In this document: positions 49,001 to 61,476 of the stretch, piece after piece
How positions within the stretch are numbered: position 1 is the first letter of the stretch
How the letters are laid out: every line of letters begins with the position of its first letter
Origin: Paraspadella gotoi
Lineage: Eukaryota > Animalia > Chaetognatha
Direction of reading: 5' to 3'
Assembly (NCBI GenBank): GCA_051294375.1
Contig: CM119265.1
Coordinates: 4,337,779-4,401,778 of the forward strand
DNA length: 64,000 nt
Position numbers and translations under genes: made by a program
Notes under the pieces: generated by a model
Databases searched by the model: none
Told to the model about the DNA's origin: nothing
Seen by the model: the letters and a program-made list of their open reading frames with translations, nothing else

Positions 49001-51834
49001 CTGAAGACTTTCCTTTTTTTTTTGTCGAGAAAAATAAAGGCGACTGAGTAGAAAGAGAAAGTAAAAAGCGGTGATTACGAGCAAGGGTGAAAGTTGGTTA
49101 GGCTAATGCGATACGTTTTGCGTGAGACTGACGCAGCTTTTGTGAGTGCAAGGCCGATGGGAGAACTGGCTTGAGGAAAAAGAGAGGGCGTAGCAGAAAA
49201 AGAAACTGTTTTGTCGGGAGAAGGAAGAAGAGGAGAACGGCGCAATCGTACCAAAGAGTATTAGCGTTTCTTCGAAAAAAACAAACAAACATTCAGACCT
49301 CGAAAAAATGGCTCGAAAAAAAAANNNNNNNNNNNNNNNNNNNNNNNNNAAGGAAGAGATTAAGTTAGTTGACGCTACGCAAAAAGAACGAGAACGGTGC
49401 GATCAGCAGTTGCCTTCAGCTCTCATGTCAACGAACGAACAACGAACGAAAACGAAAGTGAAGAGGCCGGCGAAGGCGGTGGCGGGGGCGGCTGGCTGGG
49501 CGGCATCTGAGTCCGCTGCTCTTAAGACTGAATGGAATGCAATTTTGGAGGGGAGAAATCTTCAGCGTTACCCTACTTCTAACAAAGAGAGTCAAGGTTT
49601 GATGGGGGAATCATCGGACTCGCTAGAGAGTGCGATTTTGAGCGTTTTCTCCTTTGGTCGTGTCAGCCTTAGTAGTGTCACTTGAAAGAATAGCGCTGGA
49701 GCATATTATGGCATGGCATATCATGTTACAGATATTGCTACGGAGATATGGTATGGGTATGCTTCTTTTTCGTTTACAGTCAAGAGACGATTATTAATTT
49801 CTTAAATAATCTGCTTAAGTTTGTCAGTAAATCAAGACCTTATAAACTTATTGGCAGATCGCAAAGTTTGTCAACGTGAAAATAAAATTCATCTGTCCAT
49901 ACCGTCTTCCTTTATGATGGATTTTCGCAAGGCGCCCGTTGAATTCCGCGTCGGTTGAACTCCGCCCGAGTCCAACTCCGACCCTGCGGTCTAAATGAGG
50001 CAGTCCTTAGGCGTCGCATATGTAGCGTGGAAACGACGCCGGCGGCGACCGAAAAATGTGGCCGCTTCGACACTCGATCCCGGGGAATATTTTCAATCGG
50101 CGTCGATGATGGGAGCGAAAGCTGGGGTGAAAGGCGAACTTGAGAGTGACGGCACGAGGCGAGGAGGCGCCGCCGTTGTTTCGTTGTTTGTTGTTTGTCG
50201 CTTTCGAAATTTACGGCGGCGCGCGGGGCGTTCACTGTCTTTTCCCACGCACGCACCTTCCAAACTCACACCGCCACCACCCCCCCATCGCTCCCGAGGT
50301 GGCATCTGGCGTCGTTCGAAAGAATGTAAACCAAGAAGGAAATGAAGGCGTCCATCGATCGTCGTGTTTGACAAAAGGGTGGGGGCGGTGGGTGGGGGAT
50401 GGAGATTGAGCGGAAGCGCGTCGCGACAGTATGGGCGGGCGGAAGCGAGAGGATGGCGCGAAATCAAAGAAGGCGGTAGGGCAGGGAAAGTTAGTTGGGA
50501 TAAAAGGAATTAAAGGCGATATATATTGTTGTTTGGATGTAAAAAAATTGCATATTAGTTGTAAATAATTCTGATTAAAAAATGACGAAAATCCTGGAAT
50601 TTTGATATATCAGGACAACGAACGTGTTTGAATGGTGAATCCTGAATTGAATTGAAATGAACCGTGATCAGTTGAACGAGCTCTTAATGACGACGACGAA
50701 CAACGGTACGACGACGTAAACCGACGAGACGTACCAAGGGCAGAGAGTGATAAATAGTTTACAATCTGTGGAAAAAAGACGTGAGAAGAATTATGGGGGG
50801 GTGGGAAATGAAAAACGCAGCGGGAAAAAAAATGGGGGTAAAATTCAGATCGGTTTTGAAAACAGATTGCGAACAAAGTCGAATAAAATGTATTCATCTG
50901 AAAAGGAGAAAAGAAAGCAAATAGCGTTGGAGAAAGAAAAGAAGAGAAACTTACTATCTTCTAATTAATTAGGCTAATTAATCTAATTAATCTAGCTAAT
51001 TAAGGAAGTTAAAAATCGGTCTTCGTCTTTGACCGACTGACCGACCTTCAGCTAGTTGTTAACGAGTCATTTGCATCCCCTCCTCGATCCACGCCCGATC
51101 CCCGCCCAATCCCGATATTTTTTTACCCGCCAGATGAAGGAAACGGATGATACCCCGGCCATCGGACGAGGAAACGCGACGAGAGACGGACTGCCGCGAC
51201 CAGGCCGATCCAGCCCGACGCAGCCCGAACACCTTGTGCCCGCTAATAGGCATTTTAATTATGAGGTCGATTACGACTGTTCGCATTGGGGATTTTTTTT
51301 TTTTTTCCGCTTTTCGTCCAGAGCGGTTATGAAAGATGATTAGCACGCGCCCGCAGAAAAATCGCCGCTAACGAGGAGTGGCGGAGGGAGAGTCTCGCGG
51401 TGGATTGCGAACCCTTCACAGTGTCGAGTTATCGTTCGCGAATGAAGGAAGTTAGTTTTATTTATTTATTTATTTATTCATTATTTATTTATTTATTATT
51501 TAATTTATTTTATTTATTTATTATTTAATTTTATTTATTTATTATTTATATTATTTATTTTTGTTTAATTTAATTATTTTCTTATTTATTATTTATATGT
51601 TATTTATTTATTTATTTATTCATTATTTAGTTTATTTATTATTTCTTTATTAATTTATTTATTTATTTATTTTATTTATTATTTATATTATTTATTTAAT
51701 TTGATTTATTTATTTTATTTATTGATTTCTTGATTTTTTGATTTTATTATTGATTTCTTGATTTTCTGATTTCTCTGATTTGATTTATTGATTTATTGGA
51801 TTTATTTGATTTATATGATTTGATTGATTGAATT

Positions 51835-51865
<31 letters not shown>

Positions 51866-53046
51866 TTATTTATATTATTTATTTATTTTATTTTTATATT
51901 TATTTATTTATTTTAATTTTTTAATATATTGAGCTTAGAGATTAAGAGATGGAGATTAAACTTTCCGTGTTCCCCTTTTAAAATAAGGCGTCTTTTCTAT
52001 CGAAAAACTGCGTAGGCTAAACGAAGGGGTGCTTCTTATCAGTGACCTCGTACGCTGCCAGGTCCACTAACCATCCGTTCCCCCTTCAACTTTGGCGGGC
52101 CTGGTTCAGTGACTCTCTTGCCTCTGGAAGGGAAGAGGAAGAATGGAAAGAAAGAAGAGGACGTGAAAGAGGAAATGGGGGGGGCAAAGAATAAAAGCAT
52201 TTGAGAGAACGAGAGAAGAGGAGAGAAAAGAGGAAGAGAAAAAGAGACGCCGTTTGACCCAGATACACGCGGGAGTTGTTGATGCGAAGGGCGGCCTCCA
52301 ATGGAAAATTTTTTTTTTTGGGGGGGAGGGGGTGGTTGCGTAGAGAGAGTGAAGGGGGTCTTGAGTTGAGAAGAGAAATTGAAGATATGAATGGAGAAAA
52401 AGGAGAATGGTGATATGGAAGCGAGCTGAGAATAGTTGAAAAATACGAAAAGAGGGAGGATTAAAAGAAGTGGCAGTTTCGAAAGATGAAGAAAAAATAT
52501 GCAAAAGTCATGTATAGAAATGAATGAAAGGAGTAAGAAAAAATTTATCAAAATAAGGGTTTTAGAAATAGCACCATTTGAGAAAATTAAGAAGAATTAG
52601 CCGGGGCAAAAGAAAACCAGGGCACAGGGAACAGAAAATGAACGCCAAAAGTTCGCAAAACAAATGTTGTTTTATTTGTAATATTAAAAATAAAATAAAT
52701 TGATAAATGATACTACTAAATGTAACCAAAAATAACGAGCTTATCTTCATATTGGAAATGCGGAAAATATTTTAAAAAACCAGATAAAAATTAATCTCGT
52801 CGTATTAAATCGGAGGCGGAAATAAAAGATGCTCAGACTTTAAAAAAGAAGAGGTGGCTTTTTTCCTTTTCTTTTTTTTTTTTAATACTTTCCTCTTTTT
52901 TTCCAGACGTTGACTCCTGAATAAGAAGAAAAGAAATTAAGGCCAAGAGAACACATTAAATAAGGAAAGGACGAGAATAGAAGGAAACGAGTTTAAAAGG
53001 AAAAAATAGAAAAGTACAAAAGAGAAGAAAAAGTGAAGTGAGTTAG

Positions 53047-53142
<96 letters not shown>

Positions 53143-53209
53143 AAAGAGAGAAAGAGAGAGAGACGGATGGAAAAAGTAATGGAAGAAGTTCTGTGAGAAG
53201 AATGAATGA

Positions 53210-53241
<32 letters not shown>

Positions 53242-53499
53242 AAAGAAAGAAGAGAAAAAGAAGAGACAGGAAGAACAAAGACAAAAAGAACCAAAGAAAA
53301 ATCCAAACAACACAAAAGAAAAGCAGCAAGCAAAAAAAAGAAAACTGATTGCTCAAGAAATCGAGTGGATTGTTAGATCGAGAAAGATCGGCCAAAGCCG
53401 AGCCACCATCGCGGAGAGAAATTAATTTTCCTCTAGATTAACAGATCCGAAATGAATTTTTTTTCTCCTGAGCCTCAATGGAACTCTCCTCTCCATCTA

Positions 53500-53812
53500 T
53501 CAGCCCAACATCTCCAATCTCTCTACCCATCATCTCAAATCTCTCAACCCCATCATTTCAATATCTCAAACCCCACTATCTCAAATATCTCAACCCATCA
53601 TCTCAAATATCTCAACCCCATCATCTCATATATCTCAACCCCATCATCTCAAATCTCTCAGCCCATCATCTCCAAATCTCTCAGCTCCATCATCTCCAAC
53701 TTTAAGCCCCATCATCTCAAATATCTCAACCCCATCATCTCAATAATCTCAACCCCATCATCTCAAAATACCAACCCCACCATCTCAAATATCTCACCCC
53801 CATCATCTCCAA
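53500..53812 (+). repeat. ~23-bp minisatellite (CCCCATCATCTCAAATATCTCAA)n, ~13 units; mirror at 59408-59520 has ~5 units
   Basis: Tandem units directly visible. Confidence 0.9.
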
Positions 53813-53973
53813 TATGCCTTTCCCCATCCTCTTCAAGCTTCTTCAGATCCCCTCCTCTCTAAAAAGAAATATCCGTAGCGAATTTATGTTGGCGACATTA
53901 GGAGACTCAAACGATATTGGCTTCGAGAAATATCCGTGCAAATGACGAGCAGTTTTTTAGCAGTGACGACGAC

Positions 53974-54028
<55 letters not shown>

Positions 54029-54967
54029 ACGATGATGACTGGATTTTTTTTATCGTCATCATCGTCGACCCCCGTTATTAACTTCATCTCATCAAGCATT
54101 ATCGTCCCGATTTCCAGACACCTGCTCTTTCTTCCTCCGTCTCTTCTCTTCGTCCCTCCCAAATCACGATCCTCCACTCGTCCCACGCAACTGGTTCCGG
54201 CGCCAGGCTTCTTCTTCTGGGCTTCTTCCTCGACCGCCTTCTTCGTTATCCAACTCGAGCGCCCTCTCCTCATTCACCGCGCCACGTTGGAAAAAAATAA
54301 TCGTACGTGTCTGCGAGCGACTTGGCTGCGCTCCGCCCCGCCGCCTTTTTCTAACCCAGGCTCGAAGCGCCACGCCTTCCATCGTCTTCCACAGCGTCAA
54401 TTGCCTACTCTATTCCCTTCCATCGCCCCATCGACTTTCGCATCCCAAATCGTCCACCTCTCTCCACCGTCATTTTCGTCCATCGCTTCTTCTCTGCTCC
54501 TTCAACACATCCGCTTCCTCAATTCGCCTTCTTTTCTTCTTTTCCCTGGCTCCTTTGACGTGACGAACGCTGACGCCAACTTTACGTCGTTCTCCGACGA
54601 GCGCCCCCCACGCCATCTCCTGGAATCATAATTATCATCAAGCATCGAAAAAAATGTTCCGCGCCAAAAAAAAAAAAAAACTTATGAAGAGAGCAAACGT
54701 ATCCATTTTTTTAAACCGCCTGAAAAACTTTCAAATCTTTTTCCCATTATGATTATCATTTCCCCTCTCCGCATGCCCCGCCCACGAACTTTCCCGCCGC
54801 CTGTGGCGCCACCCGTCGGCGCCTTTATCGTCTTCCTCTTCATCGAGACACGCCCCCTTCGATTAAACCGAGAATAGCGAAAAGAATAAAAAAAAAAAAA
54901 AAAAACGTGCGTTTTCGCTGTTCGCTTGATGAGAATTTAATCTTCACTCGCCGTAACATGTCTGCGT

Positions 54968-55062
<95 letters not shown>

Positions 55063-55559
55063 TTGTAAAAAGGTCCTTTTTCAGCGTGGTGCATTTCGCG
55101 TTATATCCGTTGATGGGAAAAGATTGAAAGCTGAAGCCTTTTATGCCGGCTTAGCCTTATCGAAAGCCCGTATAATCTTTGAACTACGTGAATGGGGCAG
55201 GGACGTTTTAATTAAACCGATTAATTGTCGGGAAACGAACTATTTCGTATCATCAAAGAGAGAGAGAGAGAAATAGAGGAAGAAAAAGAGAGAGATTCTT
55301 GGAATTTTTCCAATCGCGTTTACGAAGGAAACTCTTGAATCAGTCACCGTTTTTTTTTTGTTTTTTTTTTTTTCGTTTCAATCTCTAGTCGTTTTCAGCT
55401 GCCAGCATTCGCTTCACGTTATTCGCTTCAAATATTTGTCAGTATCTATCGACTCACAAAATAAGATGAAATTGTAAAAAAATTAATTTCCGAAAGAAAA
55501 AAAAAAACATTGCTTTTTCTGCAAAAAGTCGGTATCTTTAAACGTTTTTTCCTTCCCGC

Positions 55560-56345
55560 CTCGCGCCACGATTTACGAAAGTGACTCGGCGCTGCCCGCC
55601 GCCCTGCCGAGCCCTACCTACTAACTCTCGCTTCGGCCGTCGCTCTGCCTACTTTCGCGGGAAAACCCTGGCTCATAAAATCGGCGTTATCGGGAAATCG
55701 ACAAGAAGGCGGAGACCGAGAAGGAAATAACCGTCTCTCCGCTTTTCCCGCCAACTCGTGGTCGAAGCAACGACGAAGGAAGTCGCGCGTGACCACGGAG
55801 GACATTAGGTCACGTGACTTGTGGCGGACGTCAATGTTACTTGACTGCGTAGGAAATGAAGTCACGTGACGGCAGAGAATTCCGATGCGACGACTAATGT
55901 GACTCTTCACGGTCTAGAAGTCTCGTCGTCTCATTTGATAAGTCAAAACCAAAAAAAAAAATTGAACTGCCTTTTATGGCAAGGGGAGGAATGCCTGTGA
56001 CACCCGGGGCGCGGGTATCTCACCAACTGGCGCAGGGGCTGCGGACCCTCAGTGACAGACTCCTGTCACTGGCATGTTTAGACCGGTTCCTTCAGATTTA
56101 AGCCAGAACAGGGATACCCAGGGATTGAAACCGTGACGCAGGGTTGTAACGAGACTATTTAGCCGGCTCAGCCATTGAGACAAGGACAGACAGCAGTGAG
56201 GCCAGATTTAATTCTTGCTGCCACAACTTAAAAAATATTAAATGAAATTAATTTGTAATACCCACAAACAAACTGTAAGGCCAACTGGACGGAAACCACT
56301 TACTATTTATTTAATTTTTCAATTTTCTATTTCTTAGACCTACGT

Positions 56346-56415
<70 letters not shown>

Positions 56416-56525
56416 TTGTCTCTTCTCACTCCCACCCATCCGTTTGTTCAGTGTTCACTGTGACTTTCTGCCTCTTCAACTTTCGCCTCATTTCAAACTG
56501 GAGATTAAAAACCCGGAAGTTTTCC
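55560..56525. promoter_or_regulatory. CpG-rich promoter-like segment with two GTCACGTGAC motifs and an ETS-type ACCCGGAAGT
   Basis: GTCACGTGAC at 55809-55818 and 55861-55870 (mirrored at 57429 and 57481); ACCCGGAAGT at 56511-56520. No associated CDS identified. Confidence 0.3.
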
Positions 56526-56860
56526 GTTTCTCTCTCCTCGCGCCTTCGTCGCCTTCGTCGTTGGAGTCGCTTCATTTTCTCGTCTCAACGGATCGTTGCT
56601 TTGTCATTTTCTTCTTCGGCAAAAAAAAAAAAAAAAAAACAAGTTTCCCAGCGAACTTTGTATTTGGTTTTCTGTTTCCTACGAAGAAGAAAATGACAAA
56701 GCAACGATCCGTTGAGACGAGAAAATGAAGCGACTCCAACGACGAAGGCGACGAAGGCGCGAGGAGAGAGAAACGGAAAAACTTCCGGGTTTTTAATCTC
56801 CAGTTTGAAATGAGGCGAAAGTTGAAGAGGCAGAAAGTCACAGTGAACACTGAACAAACG

Positions 56861-56865
<5 letters not shown>

Positions 56866-56952
<87 letters not shown>
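56866..56952 (+). repeat. (AG)n microsatellite, one of dozens of (AG)/(CT) tracts in the window
   Basis: Directly visible; others e.g. 11853-11908, 14765-14850, 19714-19753, 45937-46024, 53045-53137, 54971-55062, 63877-63990. Confidence 0.95.
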
Positions 56953-56955
<3 letters not shown>

Positions 56956-57104
56956 ACGTAGGTCTAAGAAATAGAAATTGAAAAATTAAATAAATAGTAA
57001 GTGGTTTCCGTCCAGTTGGCCTTACAGTTTGTTTGTGGGTATTACAAATTAATTTCATTTAATATTTTTAAGTTGTGGCAGCAAGAATTAAATCTGCCTC
57101 ACTG

Positions 57105-57348
57105 CTGTCTGTCCTTGTCTCAATGGCTGAGCCGGCTAAATAGTCTCGTTACAACCCTGCGTCACGGTTTCAATCCCTGGGTATCCCTGTTCTGGCTTAA
57201 ATCTGAAGGAACCGGTCTAAACATGCCAGTGACAGGAGTCTGTCACTGAGGGTCCGCAGCCCCTGCGCCAGTTGGTGAGATACCCCGCGCCCCGGGTGTC
57301 ACAGGCATTCCTCCCCTTGCCATAAAAGGCAGTTCAATTTTTTTTTTT
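57105..57348 (+). mobile_element. tRNA-derived SINE-like element (mirror copies ~55955-56195 and ~21220-21455, minus strand)
   Basis: A-box-like TGTCTCAATGG (57116), B-box-like GTTTCAATCCC (57167), perfect 9-bp hairpin CAGTGACAG-GAGT-CTGTCACTG (57227-57248), further GC-rich hairpins, then a T-run at 57338-57348. Confidence 0.45.
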
Positions 57349-59196
57349 GGTTTTTGACTTATCAAATGAGACGACGAGACTTCTAGACCGTGAAGAGTCA
57401 CATAGTCGTCGCATCGGAATTCTCTGCCGTCACGTGACTTCATTTCCTACGCAGTCAAGTAACATTGACGTCCGCCACAAGTCACGTGACCTAATGTCCT
57501 CCGTGGTCACGCGCGACTTCCTTCGTCGTTGCTTCGACCACGAGTTGGCGGGAAAAGCGGAGAGACGGTTATTTCCTTCTCGGTCTCCGCCTTCTTGTCG
57601 ATTTCCCGATAACGCCGATTTTATGAGCCAGGGTTTTCCCGCGAAAGTAGGGCAGAGCGACGGCCGAAGCGAGAGTTAGTAGGGTAGGGCTCGGCAGGGC
57701 GGCGGGCAGCGCCGAGTCACTTTCGTAAATCGTGGCGCGAGGCGGGAAGGAAAAAACGTTTAAAGATACCGACTTTTTGCAGAAAAAGCAATGTTTTTTT
57801 TTTTCTTTCGGAAATTAATTTTTTTACAATTTCATCTTATTTTGTGAGTCGATAGATACTGACAAATATTTGAAGCGAATAACGTGAAGCGAATGCTGGC
57901 AGCTGAAACGACTAGAGATTGAAACGAAAAAAAAAANNNNNNNNNNNNNNNNNNNNNNNNNNNNNNNNNNNNNNNNNNNNNNNNNNNNNNNNNNNNNNNN
58001 NNNNNNNNNNNNNNNNNNNNNNNNNNNNNNNNNNNNNNNNNNNNNNNNNNNNNNNNNNNNNNNNNNNNNNNNNNNNNNNNNNNNNNNNNNNNNNNNNNNN
58101 NNNNNNNNNNNNNNNNNNNNNNNNNNNNNNNNNNNNNNNNNNNNNNNNNNNNNNNNNNNNNNNNNNNNNNNNNNNNNNNNNNNNNNNNNNNNNNNNNNNN
58201 NNNNNNNNNNNNNNNNNNNNNNNNNNNNNNNNNNNNNNNNNNNNNNNNNNNNNNNNNNNNNNNNNNNNNNNNNNNNNNNNNNNNNNNNNNNNNNNNNNNN
58301 NNNNNNNNNNNNNNNNNNNNNNNNNNNNNNNNNNNNNNNNNNNNNNNNNNNNNNNNNNNNNNNNNNNNNNNNNNNNNNNNNNNNNNNNNNNNNNNNNNNN
58401 NNNNNNNNNNNNNNNNNNNNNNNNNNNNNNNNNNNNNNNNNNNNNNNNNNNNNNNNNNNNNNNNNNNNNNNNNNNNNNNNNNNNNNNNNNNNNNNNNNNN
58501 NNNNNNNNNNNNNNNNNNNNNNNNNNNNNNNNNNAAGTTTTTTTTTTTTTTTTGGTCGCGGAACATTTTTTTCGATGCTTGATGATAATTATGATTCCAG
58601 GAGATGGCGTGGGTGGGCGCTCGTCGGAGAACGACGTAAAGTTGGCGTCAGCGTTGGCGTCACGTCAAAGGAGCCAGGGAAAAGAAGAAAAGAAGGCGAA
58701 TTGAGGAAGCGGATGTGTTGAAGGAGCAGAGAAGAAGCGATGGACGAAAATGACGGTGGAGAGAGGTGGACGATTTGGGGATGCGAAAGTCGATGGGGCG
58801 ATGGAAGGGAATAGAGTAGGCAATTGACGCTGTGGAAGACGATGGAAGGCGTGGCGCTTCGAGCCTGGGTTAGAAAAAGGCGGCGGGGCGGAGCGCAGCC
58901 AAGTCGCTCGCAGACACGTACGATTATTTTTTTTCCAACGTGGCGCCGGTGAATGAGGAGAGGGCGCTCGAGTTGGGATAACGAAGAAGGCGGTCGAGGA
59001 AGAAGCCAGAAGAAGAAGCCTGGCGCCGGAACCAGTTGCGTGGGACGAGTGGAGGATCGTGATTTGGGAGGGACGAAGAGAAGAGACGGAGGAAGAAAGA
59101 GCAGGTGTCTGGAAATCGGGACGATAATGTTGATGAGATGAAGTTAATAACGGGGGTCGACGATGATGACGATAAAAAAAATCCAGTCATCATCGT

Positions 59197-59258
<62 letters not shown>

Positions 59259-59755
59259 GCTAAAAAACTGCTCGTCATTTGCACGGATATTTCTCGAAGC
59301 CAATATCGTTTGAGTCTCCTAATGTCGCCAACATAAAATTCGCTACGGGATATTTCTTTAGAGAGGAGGGGATCTGAAGAAGCTTGAAGAGGATGGGGGA
59401 AAGGCATATTGGAGATGATGGGGGTGAGATATTTGAGATGGTGGGGTTGAGATATTTGAGATGATGGGGTTGAGAGATTTGAGATGATGGGGTAGAGAGA
59501 TTGGAGATGATGGGGCTGATAGATAGGAGAGGAGAGTTCCAATTGAGGCTCAGGAGAAAAAAATTCATTTCGGATCTGTTAATCTAAGAGGAAAATTAAT
59601 TCTCTCCGCGATGGTGGCTTCGGCTTTGGCCGATCTTTCTCGATCTAACAATCACTCGATTTCTTGAGCAATCAGTTCTTTTTTTTTGCTTGCTTGCTTT
59701 TCTTTTGTGTTGTTTGGATTTTTTCTTTGGTTCTTTTTTGTCTTTGTTCTTCCTG

Positions 59756-59795
<40 letters not shown>

Positions 59796-61019
59796 TCATC
59801 ATTCTTCCACAGAACTCTTCCATTACTTTTTCCATCCGTCTCTCTCTCTCTCTTCTTTCTCTCTCTTCTCATTCTCTCCTCTCTTCTCTCTCCTTCTCTC
59901 TCTCTCTCTCTCTCCTCTTCCTCTCGTCTTCTTCTCTCTCTAACTCACTTCACTTTTTCTTCTCTTTTTGTACTTTTCTATTTTTTTCCTTTTAAACTCG
60001 TTTCCTTCTATTCTCGTCCTTTCCTTATTTAATGTGTTCTCTTGGCCTTAATTTCTTTTCTTCTTATTCAGGAGTCAACGTCTGGAAAAAAAGAGGAAAG
60101 ATTAAAAAAAAAAAAGAAAAGGAAAAAGCCACTCTTCTTTTTTTTAAAGTCTGAGCATCTTTTATCTTCCGCCTCCGATTTAATACGACGAAGATAATTT
60201 TTATCTGGTTTTTTAAAATATTTTCCGCATTTCCAATTTACTGAAGATAAGCTCGTTATTTTTTGGTTACATTAGTAGTATCATTTATCAATTTTATTTT
60301 ATTTTTAATATTACAATAAACCAACATTTGTTTTGCGAACTTTTGGGTTCATTTTCTGTCCGTTTTTCTTTTGTCCCCGGCTAATTCTTCTTAATTTTCT
60401 CAAATGTGCATATTTCTAACCTTATTTGATAATTCTTAACTCCTTTCATTCATTTCTATACATGACTTTGCATATTTTTTCATTCATCTCGAAACTGCCA
60501 CTTCTTTTAAATCTCTCCCTCTTTCGTATTTTTCAACTATTTCAGCCTCGCTCCATATCAACCATTTCCTTTTTCTCTCCATTCATATCTTCAATATTTT
60601 TTCTCTTCTCAACTCAAGACCCCCTTCACTCTCTCTACCGCACCACCCCCTCCCCCCCAAAAAAAAATCATGGAGGCCGCCTCGCATCAACAACTCCGCG
60701 CGTGTATCTGTCAAACGGCGTCTCTTTTTCTTTCCTCTTTTCTCTCCTCTTCTCTCGCTCTCAAATGCTTTTATTCTTTGCCCCCCCCCATTTCCTCTTT
60801 CACGTCCTCTTCTTTCTTCCATTCTTCCTCTTCCCTTCCAGGGCAAAGAGTCACTGACCAGGCCGCCAAGTTGAAGGGGAAACGGGTTAGTGGACCTGAG
60901 ACGTACGAGGTCACTGATAGAAGCACCCTTTCGTTTAGCTACGCAGTTTCGATAAAAAGACGCCTTATTTAAAAGGGAACACGGAAAGTTTAATCTCCAT
61001 CTCTTAATCTCTAACTCAA

Positions 61020-61476
<457 letters not shown>

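Larger units (their letters stand above)
21797..49324. repeat. Large inverted repeat 1: arms ~21797-35708 and ~36413-49324, ~700-nt spacer
   Basis: Collinear reverse-complement matches throughout, e.g. 21799 ttttttttcgagccatttttt vs 49302-49324, the two SDR copies, (TTAAAGGG)n at 22716 vs 48370, and 35690 gacggaaaattgcgaatgtc vs 36415-36433. Confidence 0.95.
2327..58534. other. Assembly gaps: 25-N (2327, 16010, 20030, 49325), 10-N (11425, 40406, 46276), sized (2788-3156, 4139-4988, 7008-7213, 7960-8428, 9126-9694, 57937-58534)
   Basis: N runs counted directly. Confidence 0.97.

Noticed and set aside
49350-50470. Protein-coding exons in the GC-rich block (mirror 62370-63470) and ORF 53936-54631
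   Set aside because: No recognisable domain, and reading frames differ between the two noisy copies. A gene cannot be excluded but is not supportable without an accurate consensus or RNA data.
53500-53812. CRISPR-like periodic array (also 14910-15310)
   Set aside because: Head-to-tail minisatellites without unique spacers; eukaryotic context with no cas genes.
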